A stretch of DNA of 63,930 nt, counting the filler, from Nitrospirae bacterium CG2_30_53_67 (GTDB taxonomy: Bacteria; CG2-30-53-67): assembly GCA_001873285.1 (NCBI GenBank). It is 7 parts of 7 records of this genome, joined end to end, with 100 filler letters (N's around TTAATTAATTAA, not from the genome) between each part and the next. Parts side by side here need not be neighbours in the genome. Positions count along the whole stretch, not along the records: positions 6,648 to 32,307 come from MNYV01000086.1; positions 32,408 to 38,895 come from MNYV01000031.1; positions 38,996 to 46,886 come from MNYV01000182.1; 4 more parts are not named here. One strand, written 5' to 3'. The position numbers and the translations under genes are program-made. The notes beneath the pieces are model-generated. The model was not told the DNA's origin. It was given only the letters and a program-made list of their open reading frames with translations, and made no database searches. This document shows positions 30,430-39,467 of this stretch, piece after piece; the stretch's first letter is position 1; the number at the start of each line of letters is the position of its first letter.

Positions 30430-31437
30430 TTACTTTGTTTGAGAAAGCCTTACACAGGGGGCATATTCCCCCCAGACATCGTCGGTGCGGAGATAGGCCT
30501 CGGCCCTGCAGCCGCCTTTACATTCATGCAGGGATTCACAGCCGCGGCACCGGCCGTGAAGGTTTTCCACCTGCAGGAACTGGGCATAAAGCGGGATCTG
30601 CTCCCAGGCCCCCTGTATCCCGTATTCCAGGACATTGTTTGAGAGCCCCCAGACGTGGGCCGGGGTGCAGGGGGTCATGTTCCCGTCCGGCATGATCAGG
30701 CAGGTGGAGGCGGTTTCGCTCCCCACGGTGCAGGTGCTGGGCCTTCCGATCTCATTAAAGAAGAGGGTATGGTTCCTGAAAGAAACCTTCACGCCCATCT
30801 CATTCAATGACCGGATACTGTCCATGGCCTCACGAAGTTCTTTTTCAAGGGGCCGTAAGGATTCGTAATTCAAAAAGCCGCGGCCTGTCGGTGTCATCTC
30901 GGAGGCATTGATCAGGGAGGGTTCGAAGGGGAGAAGCTTATGGACCAGCCGGGAGAGGTCATGGATATTCTCCCGGGTGATGGTCACCTTGATATGCAGG
31001 TCAAGACCCGCATCGTGGATCCAGCCGAGGGCCTTGATGATCCGATCAAAGGCATGCCCACCCATGATGGCGTCGTTGATCTCCGGTCTGGAGCCGTGCA
31101 GGCTCACCTGAATCCGGTTCAGACCATAGTCTTTAAGGCCCTGAACCGTTGCCGGGTCCAGTAAAATTCCGTTGGTGGTCAGGACCGTGAAGATTCCGTT
31201 CTCGCGGAGACGTCCGACATAATCCAATGTTTCGGGGATCAGGAGGGGCTCCCCGCCGGTGAGGTAGACCTTCAGGACCCGGCATTGGATCAGGTCTTCG
31301 AGAATGAGGGCCCGTTTTTCGGCATCCAGTTCATGGTCTCGGATCTCGAGATCCGATTCGCTGAGGCAGAAATTGCACGCCATGTTGCACCGGTCCGTGA
31401 GACACCAGAAGACTTCAACGGGGGTTTTTAAGAGCAT
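30430..31437 (-). CDS. Radical SAM/SPASM peptide maturase (PqqE/MftC/AlbA-like)
   Basis: CNMACNFC, TGGEP, TNG. SPASM cysteines CTVG..C..PDG..PC and CRGC....CKGGCRA....C. Confidence 0.92.
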   Translation of the reverse strand: MLLKTPVEVFWCLTDRCNMACNFCLSESDLEIRDHELDAEKRALILEDLIQCRVLKVYLTGGEPLLIPETLDYVGRLRENGIFTVLTTNGILLDPATVQGLKDYGLNRIQVSLHGSRPEINDAIMGGHAFDRIIKALGWIHDAGLDLHIKVTITRENIHDLSRLVHKLLPFEPSLINASEMTPTGRGFLNYESLRPLEKELREAMDSIRSLNEMGVKVSFRNHTLFFNEIGRPSTCTVGSETASTCLIMPDGNMTPCTPAHVWGLSNNVLEYGIQGAWEQIPLYAQFLQVENLHGRCRGCESLHECKGGCRAEAYLRTDDVWGEYAPCVRLSQTK

Positions 31438-31440
31438 GGG

Positions 31441-32307
31441 TCAGCCTGTCTTTAAAATGTCCAAAATGATGCCGGGCAAAACGGGAAAATCCCTTATAAT
31501 ATTATATTTTAACCGGGTTATGGCTATGCTGTCAATGATCGATTTTGAGACGTCAAAAGCGGCCCGGTTATGGCGGATCAGGTCTTCCCGGGCCGTATCC
31601 GGAGACTCCTGAATCTTGGCTGCTTCCAGGGAGGCGAGCAGGGAGAAAAAGGCCTCAGCCTTATCCATTTTATCAGCATAAATGGATAAGTGGTTGATAT
31701 TGTTGTCTAAAAATATCACTTTTTTTAATGGGGCACTTTCCGGAAACGGTTCTCTAAGGTCGATCCGGAAAACTTCTTCATCCATGCTTTGCACCAAGGT
31801 CTTTTCATGGGCCATCAGGCCGAGTTCCGGATGGAGATTCATCACGTCCCGGGTGATCCGGATCCTGCGGGGGTAGGGAAGGATCTGGAACGACCCGTTG
31901 CTTTCCATACGGATGAAGCTGTCCTCTTCGGAGAGATAGCTGAATCCGTATTTCGTCAGGAGGCAGGAAAGGGAGGTCTTGCCTGAGTTGGTCTTGCCGA
32001 GGAGAAGGAGACCCCTCCCATCCTTGTAAAGGGATGCCCCGTGAAACACTGCCAGGTCTCCCATAAGAGAGAGTTCCAAGTGGACCAGGAAGCCGGTGAC
32101 CCCGAAGAGGATGACCGCAACCGCATCCGCCGGGCACGAGCCGCTGATATAGAGATGGACGGTCCGGTTAGGGATGTTCAGCACGGAGACGGTATCTTTG
32201 CGGATCCAGTGGATTTCGTCTCCGGGATCTCTCCGAAGCGTCTTGAGCGGTGTTTTGTCCTCATCGAGGTCTTGTTTTTGTGTCAGGGAGAGACGGATCC
32301 GGGGAGA
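31441..32307 (-). CDS. HprK-related kinase (5' end lost in gap)
   Basis: FHGASL..GLLLLGKTNSGKTSL (P-loop)..YLSEE..PYPR. The frame stays open upstream of 32184 up to the gap. Confidence 0.8.
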   Translation of the reverse strand, partial: SPRIRLSLTQKQDLDEDKTPLKTLRRDPGDEIHWIRKDTVSVLNIPNRTVHLYISGSCPADAVAVILFGVTGFLVHLELSLMGDLAVFHGASLYKDGRGLLLLGKTNSGKTSLSCLLTKYGFSYLSEEDSFIRMESNGSFQILPYPRRIRITRDVMNLHPELGLMAHEKTLVQSMDEEVFRIDLREPFPESAPLKKVIFLDNNINHLSIYADKMDKAEAFFSLLASLEAAKIQESPDTAREDLIRHNRAAFDVSKSIIDSIAITRLKYNIIRDFPVLPGIILDILKTG

Positions 32308-32407
32308 NNNNNNNNNNNNNNNNNNNNNNNNNNNNNNNNNNNNNNNNNNNNTTAATTAATTAANNNNNNNNNNNNNNNNNNNNNNNNNNNNNNNNNNNNN
32401 NNNNNNN

Positions 32408-33585
32408 CCCATCACCTCATGATCGGTATGACAATCAATGCAGTCAAGCTTATATTCACAGCGGGTGAAAAGGGTCATGGGGACATAGTAGTCCTGCAGA
32501 CGCAGGGCCTCGCCTGAGAGACCGGCCGTCTCATCGAGGTCGGTCCTTTTGTCAAACTGCATGGTGAAGAGGGAATGAACCCCCCGGTTATGGCAATGAT
32601 TGCACTGCGAATAGGGGATTTTCAGGGTCAGGCGGTGAAACGACCCGTGGCCGGGCTCGTCCCGCCGGATCGTGGGATCGCCGCCCCGGTAATAGGCTTC
32701 CTTGTCATACAGATAGTGACAGGAAGAGCAGCCCGATGCCCTAAAAAGGTAGGGTTGATCCACGCCCCGGCTCCAAAGATGGCATTGATCCGCGCAATGC
32801 TGATGGAGTTCTGTGTCCACACGATGTCCCGAAAAGGTATACTCGGCTCCCGTGGGATCCGTACGGATCATCTTTCCCTCTGAATCCGCCGGCAGATCGG
32901 ACGCTCGGGTATAAGGCAAGGGCCGCAAAGCGGATACGGTTTTCTCCCTGTCCACAGGCTCTTTCCCCCGGATGCCGGCAACTCCATACAAGGGGCGAAG
33001 GCTTTTCTGAGCGCCGAAGCTGTAGCGGGGATTGGCAATCTCGCCTGCCTTGGTGGCCATGATCGTGGTCTTGACCCGCTGGATGTGATTTCTCTCCTCC
33101 AGAGGATCGCCCTGGTGGCAGGCCGTGCCGTCCGGCATGGTCCTGCCGCAGCCCTGGTCCGCCACACGAAAATCCGAAGGGTTTCCCCCGCCGATCAGCC
33201 CATCATGGGCCGCAGGGAGGGATACGGAAAGCGGATCGCCGCCATGACAGATGCTGCATCCGAAGGTCTCCACGGGATGGGAGTCGCTGATCGGCTCGAT
33301 GCCGATATGGCACGAGGTGCACCTTTCTTTTTTCCCGTCTTTCAGAACCACCTCCTGAAGGCCGGGAAGGTCCCGCTTAAGGGCCAGACGCAGGTCGAGG
33401 ATCTTATCCCTTTCCTCACCTGAAAGGCCGCCCGCCTCGAGGGCTTGAAGCTCATGCAACCTTCGGTTCTTATAGATCTCCTGATAGATCTTGTACGGTT
33501 TGTTCCCTTCCTGGACCATGGCCCAAAGGATCGTAAGCAGAACAAGGACCACGAGGATGAGCAGGGTTTCAGGGTACCGGTTCAT
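32408..33585 (-). CDS. Membrane-anchored multiheme cytochrome c (3' end lost in gap)
   Basis: N-terminal TM. Five CxxCH motifs (CTSCH, CSICH, CSSCH, CNHCH, CIDCH) plus CADQCH and CX9CH. Confidence 0.9.
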
Positions 33586-33589
33586 GAAC

Positions 33590-33994
33590 TCACCTGAAAA
33601 GATTGAAAAACGTCATGACGGCAATCAAGAGCAAAACCAACGACAGCAGCGCAAGGGGGATCAGCCTCCGCTTGAGCGGCGCCGGCCCTTCCTCGGCCTC
33701 CCCAGCCTGAAAGAACGGAAGCGCCATCAGCAGGAGGAATGCCGCCAGCGGAATCAGGACCCCGGCCGCGAGCGGAGGGAGATGGCGGAGGAGTTCCTGC
33801 ACCCAGGCGAAAATCCATGGGGCGCTTACATGGGGAGGCGTGGCCGTCGGGTCGGCCATCCCGCCCAGGGGCGCGGGCATGAACAGGGCGAGGGCCATCA
33901 GGGCCGCCGAAGCGGCCAGCATGGATAGAACCTCCATCCTGACCAGGATGTCCCTGGAGACGTATTGAGGTTCCTGCTCTTTCTTTTGTTCCAT
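33590..33994 (-). CDS. Cytochrome b C-terminal subunit (subunit IV/PetD- or ExtQ-like)
   Basis: APLGGMADPTATP..SAPWIF..QELL (PEWY variant), three TM segments. Confidence 0.85.
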   Translation of the reverse strand: MEQKKEQEPQYVSRDILVRMEVLSMLAASAALMALALFMPAPLGGMADPTATPPHVSAPWIFAWVQELLRHLPPLAAGVLIPLAAFLLLMALPFFQAGEAEEGPAPLKRRLIPLALLSLVLLLIAVMTFFNLFR

Positions 33995-34051
33995 TTCCTT
34001 CTTCCTAACCCGGCATAGCCGGAACCAAACAGGATTCGAGGGTTCAAGGGG

Positions 34052-34720
34052 TCACAGCGGTCTTCCCGTCCATCCCAGTTTGCTGACCTTCCAAAAATGA
34101 TAGATCATAAAACAGACGACCGTGATGGGAAGCACCACGCAGTGCCAGAGATAGATCCGCTGTATGGAGCCCTGCCCATAGATGGAAGTCCCGGTCAGGA
34201 CCCGGTGCAGCGCCTCGCCCGCATAGGGGATCTCCTTGAGGACTCCCAGCGCCACAAACCCCGCCCAGAAGGTCTCCCTGTCATCACGGAGAAGGTATCC
34301 GCTGAAATCCATGATGAGCGCCAGGGCCATCATGGTCATTCCCACAACCCAGATCCACTGCTTGGCCCCCTGGTAGGAACCGGTCAGGGCCACACGGATC
34401 ATATGGAACAGGATCAGGATGACCATCCCCTGTCCGCCCCAGTAATGAAGATTCCGGATCAGGCCCCCGTAGGGGACAAATTCCGTGATCTCCCGAACCG
34501 AAAGGTATGGAGAGGCATCTCCGGGACGGTAATAGAACATCAACAAAATACCGGTGACCAGGAGAACAAGAAAAAAATAAAAGGCGAGGCCCCCCAGACA
34601 GAACGTGAAAGTGAGCCGGATGCGCTCTCTGGGAATCAGAGGGGGATGGAGATGAAAAAGAAAGGCGGCCATGCCGCTGTGATCTTTTTTCCTTGGCTTA
34701 AAAATCTCGCAGACCTCCAT
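34052..34720 (-). CDS. Cytochrome b6-like subunit (PetB- or ExtP-like)
   Basis: FCLGGL, TGILLMFYY, RNLHYW..FHMIRV, WHCVVLP..YHFW (four His ligands). Confidence 0.92.
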   Translation of the reverse strand: MEVCEIFKPRKKDHSGMAAFLFHLHPPLIPRERIRLTFTFCLGGLAFYFFLVLLVTGILLMFYYRPGDASPYLSVREITEFVPYGGLIRNLHYWGGQGMVILILFHMIRVALTGSYQGAKQWIWVVGMTMMALALIMDFSGYLLRDDRETFWAGFVALGVLKEIPYAGEALHRVLTGTSIYGQGSIQRIYLWHCVVLPITVVCFMIYHFWKVSKLGWTGRPL

Positions 34721-34804
34721 CTCTCAGGAAGGGCGGAGCTTTATTGACGGACTTGAGACGACCCTTCCGGTACGGTGTGCTTGATGCCGGATGACGGATC
34801 CCTT

Positions 34805-35380
34805 TTAGATTCGAAAATCTTCAGGAACCGGTTTCAGGATGTCGGCAATTATTTCATTCTTCTGATTTTTTGTCAAGAGAACGTGTTGGAGCGGCTTTCT
34901 GGCGGGCCCGGAGACAAAACGTCCGGAAAGTTCAAAACGACTTCCGTGGCAGGGACATTCGAAGAGTCTGATCGCTTCGTTCCAGCGGAAACTACAGCCC
35001 AGATGGGGGCAGTCCCCCTTCAGTGCAAAGAGTCCATTTTCATCACGGACCAGATAGACCCCCTGGATCTTGGCCACCCCGCCCATGGGAAAATCTTCAG
35101 AACGCCCCACGGAAAACCGACTGGGCGCATCTTCCTTCCGGCCCATGGAGAGAAAGGCCTGAACCATCCTGGAAATACCGAGAAAGGAGAGGAGGGAAAA
35201 TGAGAGGGTTCCCCATTTGAGGAACCCTCTCCTGCTGAGATGGGTCCCCCGCTCTACAGGAAATGCATGATTGAAGGAATTCTGAGGGGTGATTCTTTCA
35301 ATGCTTTGCAGTAGGCATTCCTGATGTGCGGGATTCCCTCCGGGCAGCTTTGAATTCTGGTTTCGGGAACCTTGGGTCAT
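34805..35380 (-). CDS. Rieske iron-sulfur protein
   Basis: Tat-like SRRGFLK, CPHLGC and CPCHGSRF boxes, GPA..PL. Exact start uncertain. Confidence 0.92.
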   Translation of the reverse strand: MTQGSRNQNSKLPGGNPAHQECLLQSIERITPQNSFNHAFPVERGTHLSRRGFLKWGTLSFSLLSFLGISRMVQAFLSMGRKEDAPSRFSVGRSEDFPMGGVAKIQGVYLVRDENGLFALKGDCPHLGCSFRWNEAIRLFECPCHGSRFELSGRFVSGPARKPLQHVLLTKNQKNEIIADILKPVPEDFRI

Positions 35381-35448
35381 AAAAAACTCCGGGACTCTTG
35401 CTCCCCTCTATGAGCCATGGGCTATCCATGACCTGATACCATCGGCCC

Positions 35449-36003
35449 TTAGATGTAATAGATGGCCGGTCCGGTCCCCTTCTCTTTTAGTTTCACATGG
35501 TGTTTGTGCTTGGCCAGGAGCTTGGAAACTTCGCTCTTGGGATCATGGATATCCCCGGCCTGCCTGGCGCCGGTCATGCAGGTATGAACGCAGGCCGTGT
35601 CCAGACCGGCCTTGAGCCGGTGCTCACAGAAGGAGCACTTGTCCACCTTGCCTTTTTTCTCGTCGTAGTATCGGGCATGGTATGGACACGCAGCCATGCA
35701 CGCCTTGCAGCCGATGCAACGATCCGGGTTGATGGCAATGATCCCGTTCTCCTCTTGGTAGGTGGCCTCGGTGGGGCAGGCCGCAACACACGGCGGATTC
35801 TCACAGTGCATGCAGTTCCCCGGTTCAAAATCCATTTTGAGATCCGGGAATTTCCCGTTGGGCCCGTGCTCATAGACCCAGGCTCGGCTGTGCCCGACGG
35901 GGACGCCGTTTTCGGCCTTGCAGCCCACCATGCAGGCATTGCAGTCAATGCACTTCGAAAGATCAATGACAAAGGCATAACGTTTATTTTTATTCTCGCT
36001 CAT
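35449..36003 (-). CDS. Four-cluster Fe-S subunit (PsrB/NrfC/DmsB-like)
   Basis: CIDCNACMVGC, CMHCENPPCVAACP, CIGCKACMAACPY, KCSFC..ACVHTC. Confidence 0.93.
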   Translation of the reverse strand: MSENKNKRYAFVIDLSKCIDCNACMVGCKAENGVPVGHSRAWVYEHGPNGKFPDLKMDFEPGNCMHCENPPCVAACPTEATYQEENGIIAINPDRCIGCKACMAACPYHARYYDEKKGKVDKCSFCEHRLKAGLDTACVHTCMTGARQAGDIHDPKSEVSKLLAKHKHHVKLKEKGTGPAIYYI

Positions 36004-36018
36004 AATAGACATCCCTTT

Positions 36019-38247
36019 CTACACAGCAGCCTTGGATACGGTGACCATGGTTTGAGAAAGCGCCTGGGACCCGCTGACACGATCGCTGATACTCTCATGC
36101 ACGTCGGAGTCGAGCGCCCCTTTGCCGTAAGCGGTGGACAGCCCTTTAGCCTTGTGACCAAAACCGAAATTCATCCAGACGCAGTCCGGACGGATCCCTT
36201 CTGTAACTTTTGCCTTGAGTGTCACCTTCCCGACCTTGCTCTCTACGGTGACCATGTCCCCGTCTTTGATCCCCCGGGACGATGCCGACGCCGTATGGAT
36301 CCAGAGATGATTTTCGGGGACGAATTCGGCCAGCCACTGGTTGTTCTGCGTGGAGGACTGGGTATGGTGGGCCACCTTGCCTGAAAGGAGATAAAACTGA
36401 TTCGCCTCGGGTTTGGGCAGGTCCTTCCACTTCGGGACCGCATCAAACCCGACCTGGCTGAGAGGAGCGGAAACAATTTCTATCTTCCCGCTGGGCGTCT
36501 GGAAGACATCCTTCTCAGGCTTCTTGCCCTCCTCATGCCGGGCAGGAACCTCGTAATATCCCTTCTTCTTCAGATCGTCCAACGTGACCTTGAACGGCTT
36601 CAACTGGGCATTGAGATACTCGTCTTCGTTTTTGTAATTGAAGAACTCATTCAGACCGACCCGGTCCCCCAGCAGTTTGAAGATCTCGAGTCCGGACTTG
36701 GTGTCGTAGAGCGGCGGCACCACCGGCTGCCTCAGGAAGACCTTGCTGCCGGCCACGCTCAAGGGATCGTACCGTTCCAGATAACTACTTTCCGGAAGGA
36801 TCACGTCCGAGTAGAAGGCCGTGTCATTGGGGATGATGTCAATGGTGACGATCAGGTCCAGATTCTTGATGGCCTCCAGGGTCTTGGCCCGGTCGCAGAG
36901 CGACATCATGGGGTTCTGCCGGTAGATCAGCCACCCCTTGGCCTGATAGGGCTTGCCCCGAAGAATAGCGTCCCGCAGTTCCTGGAACACACCCAGGTTG
37001 AGCGGAACCAGGGGATACCTCATGGGAACCGCATCGAGGCGCATGGCAGAGATCCTGGGATAAGGAGGCTGCGGAATGACGCCAAGCTCCATGCCTCCCT
37101 CTCCTCCTGCGGGCATCAGCCCGCCCGGCTGTTTCCAGTTTCCCACCAGGGCATTCAGGATCGCGATGGCCCGTTCGGCCTGGAAGGAATTCAGCGTATT
37201 GGAAGTCCTCCAGTTGGGATGGGCGAATGCCGCCGGAGCCGCCTTGGCAAAACCCCTGGCCACCTGCACAATCTTCTTGGCCGAGATATCGCATTCCTTT
37301 TCGGCCCACTCAGGCGTATACTCCTTTATCCCCTTTTCCAGTTCGTCAAAACCCTGGGTATATTCATCAACGAATTTCTTATTGTAGAGTTTTTCCTTGA
37401 TGATGACATGGTTCAACGCCAGGAAGAAGGCGAGATCCCCGCCCGGCCGGACCGGCAGCCATTCCGATGCCTTGGCGGCGGACTTGCTGTACCTCGGGTC
37501 GAGCACGACCACGTGGGCGCCTCTCTCCACGGCCGCCATAAAATCCTGCGTCTCGGAGTTGGCGATCCCTTCCAGGAGGTTCCGGCCGTTGTAAATGATG
37601 TACTTGGTATTCGGGTAATCCCCGCCTACGGCCTCGGTCCCGTAGGTCATGGTGAACCCCATAACCATGGCATTGAAACAGAGGCTCCTCTGGGTCCCGT
37701 AATTGGGCGTCCCATAGGCCTGCAGGAGATTCTCAAACTGCAATTGCGCCAGATTGTGGGTGGAACTCATGACCATGGCCTCAGCGCCATGCTGCTCCTT
37801 GATCTTCTTCATGCCTTCGGCCACATAGTCCAAGGCCTCATCCCATGAGACTTGTTTGAATTGACCGGACCCTCTTTCCCCTACTCGCATGAGCGGGCTC
37901 TTGAGCCGGTCCGGATCGTAAAGGGTCATGATCCCGGCATTCCCTTTGGGGCAGAGCCTGCCTCGGGAGTTGGGATGCTCCGGATTGCCTTCCAACTTGT
38001 AGGCCACCCCGTCCCGCACCTTGGCGATCAGGCCGCACCGCCAGACACACATCTCGCAGATGGACGGGATCTCAACATTCTTCCCGCCGGACGTATCGGC
38101 GCCCTCTTCGGCCATGGCCAAAGACCGGAATCCCGTGAGGTTCGACACCATCACGCCGGCCGCGATCGTCCCGGCACTGGCCCCGAGAAAACGACGGCGA
38201 GTCACCCCCTTTTGAAAAGTCTCATTCTCATACCTTCTTGACTTCAT
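36019..38247 (-). CDS. Tat-exported Mo-bisPGD oxidoreductase, polysulfide/thiosulfate reductase (PsrA/PhsA)-like
   Basis: TRRRFL Tat motif, SICEMCVWRC..LCPKG FS0 motif, probable Cys ligand in QRSLCF, ILPESSYLER, HTQSST. Confidence 0.88.
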   Translation of the reverse strand: MKSRRYENETFQKGVTRRRFLGASAGTIAAGVMVSNLTGFRSLAMAEEGADTSGGKNVEIPSICEMCVWRCGLIAKVRDGVAYKLEGNPEHPNSRGRLCPKGNAGIMTLYDPDRLKSPLMRVGERGSGQFKQVSWDEALDYVAEGMKKIKEQHGAEAMVMSSTHNLAQLQFENLLQAYGTPNYGTQRSLCFNAMVMGFTMTYGTEAVGGDYPNTKYIIYNGRNLLEGIANSETQDFMAAVERGAHVVVLDPRYSKSAAKASEWLPVRPGGDLAFFLALNHVIIKEKLYNKKFVDEYTQGFDELEKGIKEYTPEWAEKECDISAKKIVQVARGFAKAAPAAFAHPNWRTSNTLNSFQAERAIAILNALVGNWKQPGGLMPAGGEGGMELGVIPQPPYPRISAMRLDAVPMRYPLVPLNLGVFQELRDAILRGKPYQAKGWLIYRQNPMMSLCDRAKTLEAIKNLDLIVTIDIIPNDTAFYSDVILPESSYLERYDPLSVAGSKVFLRQPVVPPLYDTKSGLEIFKLLGDRVGLNEFFNYKNEDEYLNAQLKPFKVTLDDLKKKGYYEVPARHEEGKKPEKDVFQTPSGKIEIVSAPLSQVGFDAVPKWKDLPKPEANQFYLLSGKVAHHTQSSTQNNQWLAEFVPENHLWIHTASASSRGIKDGDMVTVESKVGKVTLKAKVTEGIRPDCVWMNFGFGHKAKGLSTAYGKGALDSDVHESISDRVSGSQALSQTMVTVSKAAV

Positions 38248-38895
38248 TGAATACCTCCTCGAATGGATCGAGTTCCACTGGATGATTAAGGTTCCTATAT
38301 TCCAGAACCATGAAGTTCTTCATAAACCTGGCCAGGACCCTGTAATAGGGTTCATGGCTGTTGGATTGAATCCGCCCGCAGTACTCAGGCAGCCAGTTTA
38401 AGATATGCTCCTCAATAAAACTCAGTTCCCTTTCTCGAAGCAGTCCGCGCGCCTCGGTCTCGCCCTCATCAGCGGCCCTCTTCTCTCCAAGACAGAGAAA
38501 ACGGAGGTATTCCATCTGCGTGAGGATATGATCAGGGAGTTCTCCTCCCTCCCGGACCGTAAGGCCGTCCTCGGCATAGATGGAGCGGCAATCCAGGGCA
38601 GCTTTACCCATCACCCTCCCCTCCTGGTAGAACGATTCGTAGGGCGGGGCCACAAGAGTGGGAAAGGCATTGACAAAAAGCCTGGTATGCTCAGCGGCCA
38701 GTCTGGTCAGCGTCCCGGCCTGGTCCTCATCCTCCTCAAATGCCCTAAGGAGTCCCCGGATCTCTTCCATCAAATCGGGCCTGAGACAACACCGGGCGGA
38801 GATTCCGCAACACTCCTGCACCGTATTTAACAGACGCTCCAGCAGCCGGCCCCCGCACTCCTCGGCGCCGGATGAGACGTCATCCGGCGGACGGA
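38228..38895 (-). CDS. TorD/DmsD-family molybdoenzyme chaperone (5' end lost in gap)
   Basis: EHTRLFV..PPYESFY..ELPDHI..FIEEHILNW. Confidence 0.88.
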
Positions 38896-38995
38896 NNNNN
38901 NNNNNNNNNNNNNNNNNNNNNNNNNNNNNNNNNNNNNNNTTAATTAATTAANNNNNNNNNNNNNNNNNNNNNNNNNNNNNNNNNNNNNNNNNNNN

Positions 38996-39244
38996 TCCGT
39001 CTACGCAGATCCTTTCTACTCCGTAATCGAACAGAACCCGGTAGCTGGAAGAGAAGTTTTTAGTCCCCAATTCGGATGTGTCCTGTCCCTTTTTCAGGGA
39101 GTAGACCGCGTCGTCCAAGAAGAGGAGGGATATTTCCTGTTCGTATGAGCAGAAGATCAGGACCGCCTCCAGGCCTTCGAGGGCATAGATGGTTCCATGG
39201 GGGGGCCTTCTTTGCAGAAACAAAATTTTTCTTCTTGCTGTCAT
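38996..39244 (-). CDS. dsrF: DsrF/TusC sulfur-relay protein (3' end lost in gap)
   Basis: RRPPHGTIYALEGLEAVL..LLFLDDAVYSLKKGQ. Confidence 0.82.
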
Positions 39245-39467
39245 CCTCTACGACTTTCCTCAATTATGGACATTATAACACAAAAAATTCGGACTTTATA
39301 TTATATATTCGGCAGGAACTGACCTTTATACCCCTTTTCTTTTACGCCTGTAATACGCAAACAATCTTGCCATGCCGCGTGATTGTCAAAACTATAGCAT
39401 TGATTATATGGCGATTTCAATAGGAAAATTCAGGCTGATAAAAAAAATCGTGACCTTGCCCTTGGGT

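Noticed and set aside
30132..30695. ORF-track entries 30132-30356(-), 30178-30642(+) and 30393-30695(+)
   Set aside because: They are shadow frames with no RBS or motifs, overlapping the PqqD, precursor and rSAM genes.
31441..33585. Multiheme cytochrome as part of the RiPP cluster (for example the rSAM as a cytochrome or heme maturase)
   Set aside because: They are on different contigs, and the rSAM has its own precursor and RRE immediately downstream.
36535..37848. 437-aa plus-strand ORF, and similar long antisense ORFs such as 49816-50823
   Set aside because: These are antisense shadows of well-supported genes in GC3-biased sequence.
38228..39244. Apparent operon link between dsrF/tusC and the molybdoenzyme cluster
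   Set aside because: The two are separated by an assembly gap, so adjacency cannot be trusted.
39357..39372. Possible sigma54 promoter TGGCAAGATTGTTTGC upstream of dsrF (minus strand)
   Set aside because: The GG-to-GC spacing is 11 nt instead of the required 10.
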